A stretch of 31,253 nt of DNA from Octopus sinensis (GCF_006345805.1 NW_021832467.1:1-31253); one strand, 5' to 3'. Counted from the stretch's first letter, positions 13,713-25,677 are shown. Made by a program: numbers and translations. The notes: a model not told the origin generated them from the letters alone.

Positions 13713-14608
13713 ATATACATACAATATAGTATGTTTTTATGTATGTATGTATGTATGTATGTATGTATGTATATGTATGTATGTATAGTATATAGAAGAG
13801 TGTATGGACATATCTATATGTATTATTTTTTCTGACCGTAGGTTTCGTCCTCCGGGGGCTGATTTCATATTCCATATAAATCTATATGGAATTCTAAATA
13901 TAACTGGAAGTATAATGCACGAAGCTACCCGGTAAGATTGAGAGTAGCAGACTGGACTGATTTAACAGACTTTAGAAACGTAACGTTCTCCATATAGTAA
14001 TGGCCTATAACTAACACCAGAACATTTTAGAAAGCGTAGCATAATTCGTAACAAAAATACTATTTGGCACAAAAAATTCTGTAAATATATCTATTAAAGT
14101 TTCAAAACAATAAATACCAACAGGCTTTCCTCGAGCCTGCAGTTTAATATGATCGGAGCTTATATGAACTTTCATAATTTTTCGCCTGAGATTACAATAG
14201 CTTCCAATCCATGGAACGGGAGCTCAAACATTTGCGAGGTCTATTCCGAGGTGCCTATGGTACACCATTTTTAACTGATTGTAATAGCACAAAACGACGT
14301 AGCCCTAGGTACCAAGCAATGAAATTGAAACAGAAACTACCTAGTAGAGTAAACATATATACTTCTTAAGCGCATCAATGGATGATCTATGGTATTGAAC
14401 GAATGGCAAGGGTGAAATTAATATCAAAAGTAGCATTCATTAAAAGGCAAAATTTGTGGGTTTGGGAGAAGAAAGGTAGGATTTGAATTCGGAACTTAAA
14501 GAGTCTGTTCAAATATCTGAAGTCATTTCTTCCGGTATATTAACAGTTCTACAAATCCATCGCTCAACACAAAATTAATACACTGTATTATGCAAAGTAT
14601 TATGCGTG

Positions 14609-14642
<34 letters not shown>

Positions 14643-14643
14643 T

Positions 14644-15085
14644 ATATATTAATAAAAGGAATTCCAACCTTGTCTGATTTTCATGTTTTATTTACAATCT
14701 TATAATGATATATTATAAGATAATATATTATAATTGAATAAAATAAAATGAATAGTAGAATGTTAAATGTTCATTCTGATTGAACTAGTAATTTCATGCA
14801 TTGAATTCTGCAATCTTCGGGTTCATGTAGTAGTGGTGACCGTCATGCTTCACAATTTTTGACAGTCAAAAATTGTGAAGCATGACTGTCACCACTACTA
14901 CATGAACCCGAAGATTGCAGAATTCAATGCATGAAAGTACTAGTTCAATCAGAATGAACATTTAACATTCTACTATTTCATTTTATTTTATTCAATTATA
15001 ATATATTATCTTATAATATATCATTATAAGATTGTAAATAAAACGTGAAAATCAGACAAGGTTGGAATTCCTTTTATTAATATAT
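14644..15085. repeat. 442-bp near-perfect palindrome (220/221-bp arms, 1-nt loop at 14864)
   Basis: Arms are reverse complements. By eye there are 3 substitutions and one 1-bp indel. Confidence 0.97.
14903..14947 (+). ncRNA. Minimal type-I hammerhead-like motif (core variant CCGAAGA)
   Basis: UGAAC-CCGAAGA-uUGCA(gaauucaa)UGCAu-GAAA-GUAC-UA-GUUCA: helix I UGAAC/GUUCA, palindromic helix III AGUACU, CUA site. Mirrored on the minus strand in the left arm. Confidence 0.65.
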
Positions 15086-15111
15086 TCTTCCATACACAAT
15101 GACACACACCC

Positions 15112-15160
<49 letters not shown>

Positions 15161-15449
15161 AACTTCGTAAGAAATAAAAAGAGATTACATCAATTATTTA
15201 TGAAATTTTCTGTAACGATTCTTTCTTTCTCCTGAGTCGAGTGTTGTACTGTTTCCAACAGTGAAGAGACACTGTAGTCAGAAGTTCGTTACTCCGATAA
15301 TCAGAAGATCAGGTAAGATCCATGGTCTCCGAGAGAGTTTTACGTAGATGATTCTGCGGTGAAATTTCTCTTTTTTTTTTTTTCTACCGAATTTCTTCTT
15401 AGATTTCATAAATGAAGTATTTGTCCTTAACTTTTTCTGTATAGTTAAC

Positions 15450-16340
15450 TATACTCGTACTGAAAATTTTAGATTTTGAAACATTGCCTGAACAAATCAA
15501 GACATAATTTGAAGAGGTTTATAGTATGAAATATGTTGTGCTTCTAAATCCAGATCTTGAAGGAATATAATTGTATTGATGAGCTAACATCAATATGTTA
15601 GAAATACTTACATCTCCTTCAAATAAGATCTTACACTTATGGAAAGTAAAGATATTTCATGTATTTTAATTTTGCAAGTCCCTATGTAAGGAGATTGTCT
15701 TGGGTAGTTTCACATAGATCATAGGTTTTCTCGATTAATATTGTATTGATGGAAAAATAATAGACATTTACGACATAAATAGTTCTTTGTAAGGCATAGA
15801 TATTTCGTGAGATGTCCTTTCAGCTGAGAATTGTTTTAATTTTCCTCGGAGAGGTGTCACGATTATAGAGGTGGAAAAGGCTTATATAAAAATTGACAGC
15901 CATTTTGGAAATATCACTTTTATAACACCGCTATACCAATGATATTTAGATATTTGTAATAATGTATAAGGACATAGTGTTAAAAATATAAGCTTGCTAA
16001 TGGAGATTATTTTACAATACAGAAAATTGAAGTAACATATATTAATATTAAACACTAATACAATAATGCACTCATTGTAAATCATGTACAAAAGAATGTA
16101 TCTATACTTTTGATATCAGGGAATAGTGTGGGAACATTCCAGTTAAATCTTTGCTCATACCTAAACATGACGGACCAGATAATGTTCTTTGGGTCAGAAA
16201 TTGTGTAAAGTTGTGAAAATGATGTGATGCATCTCGCTGGTGTGACTGTCACATCAAAAGGCCTGGAGAATATGGGAATAGCTTTGATCACTTGATACCG
16301 AACTCGCAGTTATTGATCCTTGGTAATAAGTTTAGATCCA
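15450..16340 (-). pseudogene. Heavily decayed Penelope-like reverse transcriptase relic
   Basis: Ordered motif ghosts: KAIPIFSRP (cf. K.IP.RPI), LFPDIKSIDT (cf. S.DIKSLYT), VTPLRG (cf. GSPLS), YVVNV at 15763-15777 (cf. YVDD), an IPF.D-like stretch and YYKP (cf. YRKP). Many stops and frameshifts. Confidence 0.45.
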
Positions 16341-16586
16341 TTCTTATAATTATTGCTGCGGCTGGTAACACAATAAAATATTTACGTGACAACCTTGGGA
16401 AGCTAGCATTGTTCATACAGATTTCGTTTACTCCATGTTGAAAATATGCACAACTTCCTCGAAATTTTCCATTAAGTTATAGCCATGCAATGCAGCGCAT
16501 TTTTATCTTAATTTGTAACGTTCCACTATTGAATCTCAAAAAACTACAGTGTCATAATTTAACAACCAGAGAGATGCAGAAGTTTC

Positions 16587-16587
16587 T

Positions 16588-16672
<85 letters not shown>

Positions 16673-16712
16673 TGTAGTAGCAGTTCTGCAACTGCTGTTG
16701 CTGCTGCTACAG
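16587..16712. repeat. (TAG)n microsatellite grading into (CTG)-like repeats
   Basis: Directly visible. Confidence 0.97.
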
Positions 16713-17314
16713 CTGTTCTTTAGGCCCGGCCTGTCTCTGACCACACTGGCATTTAATCAAAGTAGATCCATTCTTCTCCATCCGGGCTTTGCAGGTATCA
16801 GAAAGTAATATACTTCTGTATTCTTTCTTAAATGGTAAGGTGTAATTTAAGGAAGATTTCGTTTACATTTCCGCAAGCTCAGATGACTACGAAAAGGTTT
16901 AGCTTCTCGTCTCGTGTTCCATTAAATTTTATACATGTTGCAATCCAGAACTGAATAACAAGGTTAAATTGTGTGTGTGGGGGGGGTGAGTGTGTATGTG
17001 CGTGTGTGTGTGTGTGTACAATGCATTCTGAACAATATACAAACGCAACATGTTTGTCGATAAATATGGAGTGCTTGCTCTTATATACAGCTTTTGCCGT
17101 CACTCATTGGGCAGCTGGTAAGTGGAAATATGTAACTTGCTCCACAGCTGAACTATGTTCACGATGCTTTCCTAAAAATTGTTAGAGGTTCTGGTGTAGA
17201 ACACCACACGTCTTCCAATACCAGAGTCTCTGACACCTGACTACTAATTCGAAGAATAGAAGCTTGGTAGTCGGCTCTGGTCTGCTAGTAGTGTTTGAAG
17301 CCTATGGCGTCATA

Positions 17315-17885
17315 ATCTATTCTGAAGGCATGATGGGGCAGGAAACTTGCATGAATCTTTGTGATCCAGAAATGAAACCTCAGTCCATAGAATGGCATCA
17401 TACCTATTCTCCGATCCCTAACAAGTTTAAAAATCCTCAATCAGCAAAGAATGTAATGGTGACATTTTGTGTAGAAGGGAAGGACATTATTTTCCAGGAT
17501 TTTCTGGAACGTAACTTGATCGTGCAGTGCGTTGAAACACTCAAAACTCTTAGAAAAAGAATTGGGAGGATGAAATCGATAAACAATCCACATTCCCCAT
17601 GACATAGTGTGTGTGATCACACCCATTTTGGGGGCAAGAAATCAAGCAATCGGCAAAATGGGTTGTCCACCCACTCTACACATCTGATCTTGCGCCCTTC
17701 GACTTTTTCTTGTTCGGTAAATTAGATAAATGGTTTCGAGGACAGCAGCGTCATGAAAGAGATGAGGTGAGCTTGTTACTGATGTGCTGAGTGCAACAGT
17801 GTACACTTGAACCGTTTCAAAGAGGATTCCATAGTTGGGTGAACGATGGCGAAATTAGAGCACATATGGACACTATGATACGTTC
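17315..17885 (+). mobile_element. Decayed mariner transposase fragment (catalytic domain)
   Basis: GQETCMNLCDPEMKPQSIEWHHTYSPIPNKFK..SAKNVM (cf. GDETW..YDPETK.QS.EW....P.PKKFK..SAGKVM) and HPLYTSDLAPFDFFLFG (cf. HPPYSPDLAPSDFHLF). Confidence 0.9.
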
Positions 17886-17889
17886 ACAT

Positions 17890-18525
17890 AAAACAGTTAG
17901 TGACATATTTGTTTTTTTCAAGGACCTTAGATCCACTTTGGCCTAAATGATAGACTTCAAAAGCAGATAAAAACAAGACCCAGTTTCTCTTCTGTTGCCA
18001 TGACTAAGCTGAGCCCCATGTAGAAAGGCAATTTCATTAATTTTCCAACAGGACTCACAGTGAAGTCCCTGGTAAATTCAATCCTTCTATATGGGTGTGA
18101 TAACTGACTCAAAGAATTGACATGGATCAAAGAAATCAGGCGTTTGAGTACAAGTGATTCAGAAGGCTTCTATACATTCCGCTGTACATAGAGCACGAAA
18201 TGAATAATTTTGCCTGGCAGAAAATCAAGAAATACGCTGATAGACAAAAAAAATCCTTGCGCAAGTGAAGATACGAAAGCTTTCCTGACACAGATGTATC
18301 CTGCCTTAGCCCACTGCCAAAAACTATTCTTTAGAGCATATCTGAAAGAGGGGAAAAGAAAGCCAGAGAAAACACTTGTTTGACATCAAGGATTGCATAG
18401 GTCACAATACTACGATGCGCTACGTATGATAGAAAACAAAGACCAATTTCGACGGCTGACTTTGAAAAACGTCCAGAGTGGCACCCCAACAACTGGCAGC
18501 GTCAGTTAAGGGATCATAATAATAA
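17890..18525 (+). mobile_element. 5'-truncated RTE-clade LINE, 3' end of ORF and tail
   Basis: FKDLRST (cf. FKYLGS), KSLVNSILLYGCDN* (cf. LLYGCE.W), QAFEYK*FRRLL, PKTIL and DIKDCIG; ends in a short taataataa tail. Confidence 0.85.
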
Positions 18526-18726
18526 ATATGAACATAAACCATTATCTTCGGACGAATTTTCCATTTAATATAAGATTTTCGTAGCATATTCGCATATAGA
18601 GACGGCTCTTTCATTCTCTCGCTCTCTCTCTCCATATCAATAATAAAAGGGTAAAATTAATTCATTATTTATTAATTTTACCAAGTAGTGTTCAGTATGT
18701 AAAAAGACCATTTATGGTATATTTAA

Positions 18727-18807
18727 AACATTACGTTATATAATTAGGGTTCAGTAAAATAATAAAATAAATTATGTTACTGAACCCTAATTATATAACG
18801 TAATGTT
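18727..18807. repeat. Perfect 31-bp inverted repeat abutting (TA)n
   Basis: aacattacgttatataattagggttcagtaa (18727-18757) and its reverse complement (18777-18807). Confidence 0.95.
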
Positions 18808-18887
18808 ATATATATATATATATATTATATATATATATTATATATATATATGTATATACATATATACATATATATACATATATATAT

Positions 18888-18947
<60 letters not shown>

Positions 18948-18949
<2 letters not shown>

Positions 18950-19140
18950 CGGGAAGCTTTATGAAAATAAACAAAGACGAAGGCAGGTGGAAAACAAACG
19001 AACAATTGTATTAGTATGGCGCTCAGGAAATATAAATAAAACAAGTCTTTAACGTTTCGAGCCTACGCTCTTCAACAGAAAGATACACAGAGAGAAAAAA
19101 AAAGCACAGAAAGAAGGAGAGAAAAAAAATGCGTGCAGTA
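18948..19140 (-). mobile_element. ~190-bp insert in (TA)n carrying a hammerhead-like motif (probable Penelope pLTR fragment)
   Basis: (TA)n on both sides; contains the motif at 19046-19083. Confidence 0.6.
19046..19083 (-). ncRNA. Minimal type-I hammerhead-like motif (core variant CUGUUGA)
   Basis: UCUUU-CUGUUGA-A-GAGC(guag)GCUC-GAAAC-GUU-AAAGA: perfect helices I and II, palindromic AACGUU helix III. Confidence 0.7.
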
Positions 19141-19143
19141 TAT

Positions 19144-19174
<31 letters not shown>

Positions 19175-19379
19175 CATATATATAGATATGTAAATATGTT
19201 CGTATGTATGTGCATGCGTCTGTGTGCATGTGCATACGTGTGTACGTATATGGAATTAGCATGGTATATCTGCACAGAACATACTATTTACCGACTGCGA
19301 ATAAATATATCTTCAGGATTACAATTCAAACAGCTTCAGCAATACCAAGAAATATGAGATGTTTATATATATATATATA

Positions 19380-19430
<51 letters not shown>

Positions 19431-19822
19431 TTACATAGAAACATATATATTATATATACATACATATATACAAGCACACGCATGCATACACACACGTATA
19501 TATAGGCATATATATTTAAGAGTATAAGTGCATCAGGTTGCGAGCGGGCATGTGTCTAGTGGTGAGCGCATATGTGTGTATGTGCGTGCGTGTGTGTTTT
19601 TTTTATATGTATATATGTCGGATGTTGACCTAAAAAGTAATATGATGGAAATATGAGTTCCCATAATTTCTCTTTAACCAAATTACATTTATAAGGCTTC
19701 AATAAAAACGGAAACAATAAGTTTATTTACTAGGCAACAGTGGATGCCGTCAAGGAGAAAAGTATTATGCATTTTTTACTATGGCTAGATTGGTCATTAA
19801 GGTTATGACATTTGATCGATTG

Positions 19823-19823
19823 A

Positions 19824-19877
<54 letters not shown>

Positions 19878-19895
19878 GGATGGATGGATGGATGC

Positions 19896-19926
<31 letters not shown>

Positions 19927-19966
19927 TATAGATAGATAGATAGATAGATAGATAGAAAGATAGATG

Positions 19967-20000
<34 letters not shown>
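19823..20000. repeat. (GATA)n/(GATG)n tetranucleotide microsatellite
   Basis: Directly visible. Confidence 0.97.
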
Positions 20001-20001
<1 letters not shown>

Positions 20002-21052
20002 TGTTCTTTATTAGCCACACAGGGCTGCACACAGATAGAACAAATTACAAGGTAGAGCTTTTCTTTTGAAGGTTTAAAAATAAAAAATAAAAAATAAAAA
20101 AAATAAAAATAAGAAAAAATAAAATAAAATAAAAAATAAAATAAAAAAAGGGGGGTCGATCAAAAGGGATCGTAAAAGGAGAGAAAGAGGACAAAAATAA
20201 GGGGGTTAAAAAAAAAAAAAAAAAAAAAGGGGGGGGGGTTAAAAAAAAGGGGGAGAGGAAAAAATTGATCAATAGGGATCGTTATCACAGAAATGTCAAT
20301 ATGAAGTGTAAAGGGGGGGACAGGTGAGGTTTACCCGTGGAAAGAAAAGCCTACGGAAAAGACCACGGTAACCTCGGTCAATGAAGTCACATGTTATATT
20401 TCTTTTTTTTTTTTTTTTGCAAATAAGCAACTCTCTGTATTAATTTTACGGTTCATAGAATCAGTCAAGGTGGCTTCGTCATTCATACGTGCCATTCTTG
20501 CTACATTCACCCATCTTTTTTTAAAACATTCACTAGACAAAACTTGCCTCTCTACTCTCAACTTTTTTCTTCAAGTGATACTTGAAGAAGTTGATGAGAG
20601 ATTGACCAGAGAGGAAAGTGTTTGTCTCTAATCCTTCAGACGCGTCCACCAGATACATTCTTTCGCCATAGCCACAAGTATGATAAAAATAGCTCTTCCT
20701 TCCGTTTGAAGGAAGGAGGCGTGACGATATTACGATAGACTCGCTGATAAACCGACACGTCCCACACGTGACAGCAGTCGTTCGACATAAGCCCACAGGT
20801 GGGAAATTGCTGGACCTGCACGATTGCGTGCAGAGCGGTTTCGTCGCTCTGCCCGCATCTCGGGCAGGTCGGCCCCGTGTTTCTCGAGCCATGCTATAGA
20901 GCTAATCCCGAACGGGTAGCGCTCTCGGTAGCACCGCCAGCCAGGATCTCTGGAAGTTGTCCATAGGTCCGGGCCGAAAGTCGTTTGAAACAGGCGGGTC
21001 AGGTATTCCTCGTCGACGCCCAGGTTTGCTCCGAGCTCGTCGTCGTACCTCA
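20001..21052 (-). mobile_element. 5'-truncated Tx1/L1-clade LINE (ORF2 C-terminus with zinc knuckle, plus 3'UTR)
   Basis: Stitched frames give WRCYR.ALPVRD..., CPRCGQSDETALH...LW (CX2C...E...H zf-RVT pattern), AKECIW and F.KRW. U-rich 3'UTR and AATAAA just before (TCTA)n. Confidence 0.85.
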
Positions 21053-21074
21053 GATAATAGATAGATAGATAGAT

Positions 21075-21225
21075 AGGCACAAGCGTGGCTGTGTGGAAAA
21101 AAGTTTGCTTTCCAACCACATGGTTCCAGATTCAGTCCAACTGCGTGGCAACTTGGACAAGTGCCTCGGGCCGACCTAAACATTCTGAGTGAATTTCGTA
21201 GACAGAAACTGGAAGAAGCCCGTCG

Positions 21226-21227
<2 letters not shown>
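21075..21227 (+). mobile_element. Partial tRNA-derived SINE (same family as 26497-26895)
   Basis: gtggctgtgtgg...caaccacatggttcc...ctgcgtggca...gcctcgggccgacc...gaagcccgtcgtata, colinear with 26497-26665. Confidence 0.88.
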
Positions 21228-21282
<55 letters not shown>

Positions 21283-21323
21283 GTGTGTGTGGTGTGTGTG
21301 TGGAGAGAGAGAGAGAGAAAGAG

Positions 21324-21511
21324 AGTTCTATATTTAAGAGATGAGGAATTATGTACATTATTTACATATGGCGGATATTTGTCATCATCTTGTTTGTCGT
21401 TAACACAACGTTTCGACTGATATACCCTCCAGCCTTCATCAGGTGTCTTAGGAAAATTTCGAACCTGGGTTCTCATTCCTCGTGGGATCTCATTCCAAAG
21501 GTATTTTTCGA
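21324..21511 (-). mobile_element. 3' half (hammerhead plus tail) of tRNA-head/(TAA)n/hammerhead element, copy A
   Basis: Reverse complement of 26113-26250 and 28601-28700; separated from its head (25762-25835) by the R4 LINE. Confidence 0.85.
21402..21447 (-). ncRNA. Minimal type-I hammerhead ribozyme motif
   Basis: GACAC-CUGAUGA-A-GGCUG(gaggguauau)CAGUC-GAAAC-GUU-GUGUU: canonical CUGAUGA/GAAA core, helix I GACAC/GUGUU, palindromic helix III. Confidence 0.82.
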
Positions 21512-21537
21512 TCTTCTTCTTCTTCTTCTTCTTCTTC

Positions 21538-21611
<74 letters not shown>

Positions 21612-21705
21612 TAGTTTTATTTTTATAGCGTGCTTCCACTTCACTACCGAGCGCAGCTCTGTGTGCCTTGGGTATGTGCTGTGATTTGTTGTAATGCTCT
21701 GATGG

Positions 21706-24700
21706 TTATTGTATGGAAAGTGTTCTGCGTAGGATGTGTGCAGTACCTAGTAGTGCATTTTTCTGTATGTTATATGTTTGTAAGTCCTGGTGTTTTTGTT
21801 ATGTATTTGTCTGAATATTTTTTTATCATGCCTAATGCACCTACTATGATAGGAATTGTTCTGTTTTCAGGTCCACATTCTAGTTACCTCTATTTCCAGG
21901 TCTTTGTATTTTGAGAGTTTCTCCATTTCTTTTAGAGACACGTTGTCACTCTGCCGGTATTGATACATCAATTAGAAAGCATTTTTTTTCTTCATGATCT
22001 CTGACAACTATATCTGGTTTGTTGGCCTTAATTTCTCTATCTGTGTGTATCGGCATATCCCAGAGTATGGTTGCTTTCTCGTTTTCTGTGACCTTTTCTG
22101 GTGTGTGCCTATACCATCTTTCTTCTGTTGTTATTCCATAATGTTGGCATAGCTTCCAATGTATGTTGAATCCAACTCTGTCATGTCTGTGAATATATTC
22201 CTTCTTAGCCAGGACTGGGCAGCTAGAGATAATATGATTTATTGTTTCTTGTCCATCTCCACATATTCTGCAGTTACTTGTAATATTTCTTTTCATTACA
22301 TGTTTTTGGTAATTTCTGGTGGGGGGGGGGCTTTGGTCTTGTGCTGCAATTAAAAATCCCTCTGTCTCTGCTTTGAGTCCTGAGCTTCTCAACCATTGCT
22401 GGGATTTCTCTTTGTCTATTTCTTTTGCGTTTAGTTTAGTGCAGTATTTAGTTTAGGGCTTTTCTTGCCATCGTTTTATCATGGCTCGTTGCTGTTCTAT
22501 TTTTAGTTTGGATTTCATTTGTTTTATAGCTTTTGTTGTTTCTTCATCTTCTTCTTCATCTTCTTCTTATTCTTCTTCATATTTATTAGGTGGTATGATT
22601 TCTTGTTTGTATTTGTCAACTTCCTTAAATACTGAGAACAGTTTTTTGTTTTGCTCGTGTTTTGTCGCTATTTGTATCAGTTTTCCTTCCTTCTGAAGTA
22701 GATATTTTTGCAGTCCTATGGTAGTTATTTTATAGTAGTTTTCCAGCTGTATAAGGCCTCTACCACCTTCTATACGTTGTATATATAGTCTTTCTATGTC
22801 AGATTTTAGGTAATGCATCCTAGATCCTTTCATTATTTTTCTTGTTTTCTTAATAATTTTGGTCAGTTCATTTAGTGTCCAATTAAGGATATTATAACTG
22901 TAAATATAACTGGGACAGCTAAAGTGTTAATACCTATTATCTTGTTTTTAGCATTGAGCTCTGTTTTTTGTATTGATCTAACTCGTCTATAATATTCTTT
23001 TTTTTATTTTTTTCTCTTTCATTTGTGTGTGTTGTGTCTTATCTAGTTCATGGATTCCTAAGTATTTGTAAGTTTGGCTTTGGTCTAATTCTTTTATTTC
23101 ATTGGTTTTATCTAGTGTGATGTTGCTACTCTTAACTAGTTTTCCTCTTTTCATGGTTACTTTGGCGCATTTTTCTAATCCAAATTTCATATCTATTTCT
23201 TTGGTAAATCCATGAACTGTCTTTAATAGTGTTTCCAGCTGTTTGTCATTTGCAGCGTATAGTTTTAGGTCATCCATATATAAAAGGTGGCTGATGGTTT
23301 TGCCGTAACATTTATATCCGCATCCAGTTCTATTTAGTATATCAGATAGTGGTGACAGTGCCAAGCAGAAAAGGAGTGGAGAGAGCGTGTCTCCCTGGAA
23401 TATTCCTCTTCTAATGGGGATGTCTTTGGTTTTCATGAGGCCCTCTTTTGTTTGGAGGTGTAGGACTGTTTGCCATTTATTCATAGAGTGCTCTATGAAT
23501 TTTATGATTGTTGGTGCTACTTTGTTAATGGCTAGTGTTTCGAGGATCCATGTGTGCGGGATGCTATCGAACGCCTTTTTGTAGTCAATCCAGGTCATAC
23601 TGAGGGCTTTCTTCTTTCTGTGGGTGTCTTCAGTTATGGCTTTATTAATCATTAGTTGATCTTTACAGCCATATGAGCCTTTGCGGCATCCTTTCTGCTC
23701 TTCTGGGAACAGTTTGTTTTCGTCCAGGTGCTTGTTCAACCTTTGCGATATCACTGCAGTAAATGCCTTGAACATTGTAGGGAGGCAGGTTATTGGTCTG
23801 TAGTTTTCTGGTTTTGCTGTCTCATTTGATTTGGGAATTAAGATGGTTTTCCTCTTCGTGAGTCATTCAGGCATTGTCTCTGGCTCTGCTAGTATGTTGT
23901 TAAAGTTTTCAGCCAGCTTTTTGTGCATTCCTGTTAGATATTTCAACCAGAAGTTGGGGATCTTGTCATGCCCAGGTGCCTTCCAGTTGCTTAGTCTTTG
24001 CAGTGCCTGGGTGACCTCTTCAGTTGTTATGGGGGTTCAAAGTTGTTCAGGTGCCGAGTTTGTTATTTTGATACTCCATTTTTTTTGGTTGTTCGTTCGC
24101 CGACCATATTTCTCTCCAGAATTCTTCCTATTCTTCTGCCGTTGGTGCTGCAGTGACTTCTATTTTATTTTTGCCCAGTTCTTGGTAGAACTTTTTGGGG
24201 TTGGAGTTGAACTTTTTGTTTTCTTCAAAGAAGCGTTGGCGTTTCTTGTACCGGCGGATCCTTTGTGCTTTGGCAAGGATATCTTGCTTCAGCTTTTCTT
24301 TTATTTCAGGCAAATCTTTCTCTGTGATGTTATATTTGCGGAGTAATTTTGTTTTCTTTTTCTTGCTCAGTAGCGTTGATTGTTTGCTGATTTCATTAAG
24401 AATCGACGGATCTTTTCTAATTTTTTGTATTTTGTTTTGGATGTCATTTATCCACAGGGTTTGTTTGGGTGGTGGTACTCCTGTTTGGACGGGTTTGAGT
24501 GAGTATCCAGCTTCTTTTGTGGCTGCAGTGGCTGCTGAGTATATTAAGTCATTTAGCTCAGTGATATCGCTTTTTGTTTCAGTGGCTATTATTTCCGTGA
24601 CGGCTAGGTTTATGCTGTTTATAATTGGTGTTGTTGTTTCGTCTATTTTGATTCTTGGGAGGTATGGTCGGTGGTCCATTTTGAGATCTGTGGTTTTCAG

Positions 24701-25362
24701 TTCTTTGATTATTTTACTTTTTATATTATCATAATCATTAGGCTCCCTTTCGTTGTTTACATCGTGTTTGTTGGGAATGTTGCGTTTGTCTTCGTGTTTT
24801 ACTGTTTCAGTGTTTATATTATTGGACATTGTTGTGTGGCTTCTATCTACATTTCCCTGGTGTATTTTTTCTTTTAGATGTTCTATTTCTATTTCTGATA
24901 TTTTTTTGTGTTGAGAATGTATCTTCGTACGTTAGATAATTTATTAGGGTTCATTGCTGTATCCAAGTTTATATTTATGTTATTTTCCTTCCATATTTTA
25001 TATGTATGAGTTGTTGTGTTTTCATTTTTTGGGTAGAGCACTGCTGTGAAGTATGCATGTAAGATAGAAATGTATTCCTCACGTGTCCATTTATGTCTTT
25101 TGGGTTTTATCTGCGGGACATGAGGAACAACGTCCGGCCCATTATTTTGACGGTCGTCATTTTCGTAGGGTACCGGTCCGTTCATTTCTGTTGTCACATT
25201 ATTTGGCACGTGTAGTTTTTCGTATATTTTTTGTTGTAAGTTTAATGTACGTACCGCTCGATTGTTATTCTTGGGTTGAATAGTATCGGTGGCATTTAAT
25301 TTCTTCGTAGTTCCTTTATACATGGTGTTTGGGGTCGGGGATGATCGTGATTTTCCACGCAT
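21706..25362 (-). pseudogene. R4/Dong polyprotein ORF broken by frameshifts and stops
   Basis: ORF-track fragments 24889-25362, 24128-24829, 22987-23775, 22567-22833 and 21946-22392 are colinear pieces ending ...GTAHILRRTLSIQ* at 21706. The true start is uncertain. Confidence 0.88.
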
Positions 25363-25563
25363 GTTTACATGTGTTTTGTTAGAGGTGGAGATAATATCGA
25401 CTCAAAATACATCATTTCGTTTCGAAAATAGTAATAAATTTCAATTAGTATTACTTACTCGGATACAGTCCAATCCTTTGTTAGTAAATCTTTGGCTCCA
25501 TAGGATGTCCTTGTTTTCGATGTTTGTGGATAGATTTCGGAGCTCTGTATTTTCCTTCTTACA

Positions 25564-25617
25564 TCTTAAACGTCCCCCGGTGTTCTCTCTTAAACGTCCC
25601 CCGGTGTTCTCTCTTAA
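25564..25617 (-). repeat. 24-bp tandem repeat (2.25 copies) at the LINE 5' end
   Basis: tcttaaacgtcccccggtgttctc x2 plus tcttaa, exact. Confidence 0.95.
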
Positions 25618-25623
25618 TTATTA

Positions 25624-25677
<54 letters not shown>

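Larger units (their letters stand above)
21609..25617 (-). mobile_element. Near-full-length R4/Dong-clade non-LTR retrotransposon (RT plus CCHC plus restriction-like endonuclease), decayed
   Basis: RT motifs YRPITCLPT, WIDYKKAFDSIPH, RGIFQGDTLSPLLF, HLLYMDDLK; zinc knuckle CRICGDGQETINHIISSC; RHD; RLE motif KPDIV...LIDVSIP; flanked by (TAA)n on both sides. Confidence 0.95.

Noticed and set aside
13830-13870. gacgaaac-containing hairpin suggestive of a hammerhead (minus strand)
   Set aside because: No CUGANGA box at the required position.
15244-15285. Fifth hammerhead-like motif on the minus strand (CUGACUA-cagug/cacug-uug-GAAAC-a-GUA)
   Set aside because: Core G8 is missing and there is no helix I pairing; at most a decayed relic.
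23831-24734. Long plus-strand ORFs (171 and 179 aa)
   Set aside because: Antisense shadows of the A-rich R4 ORF.
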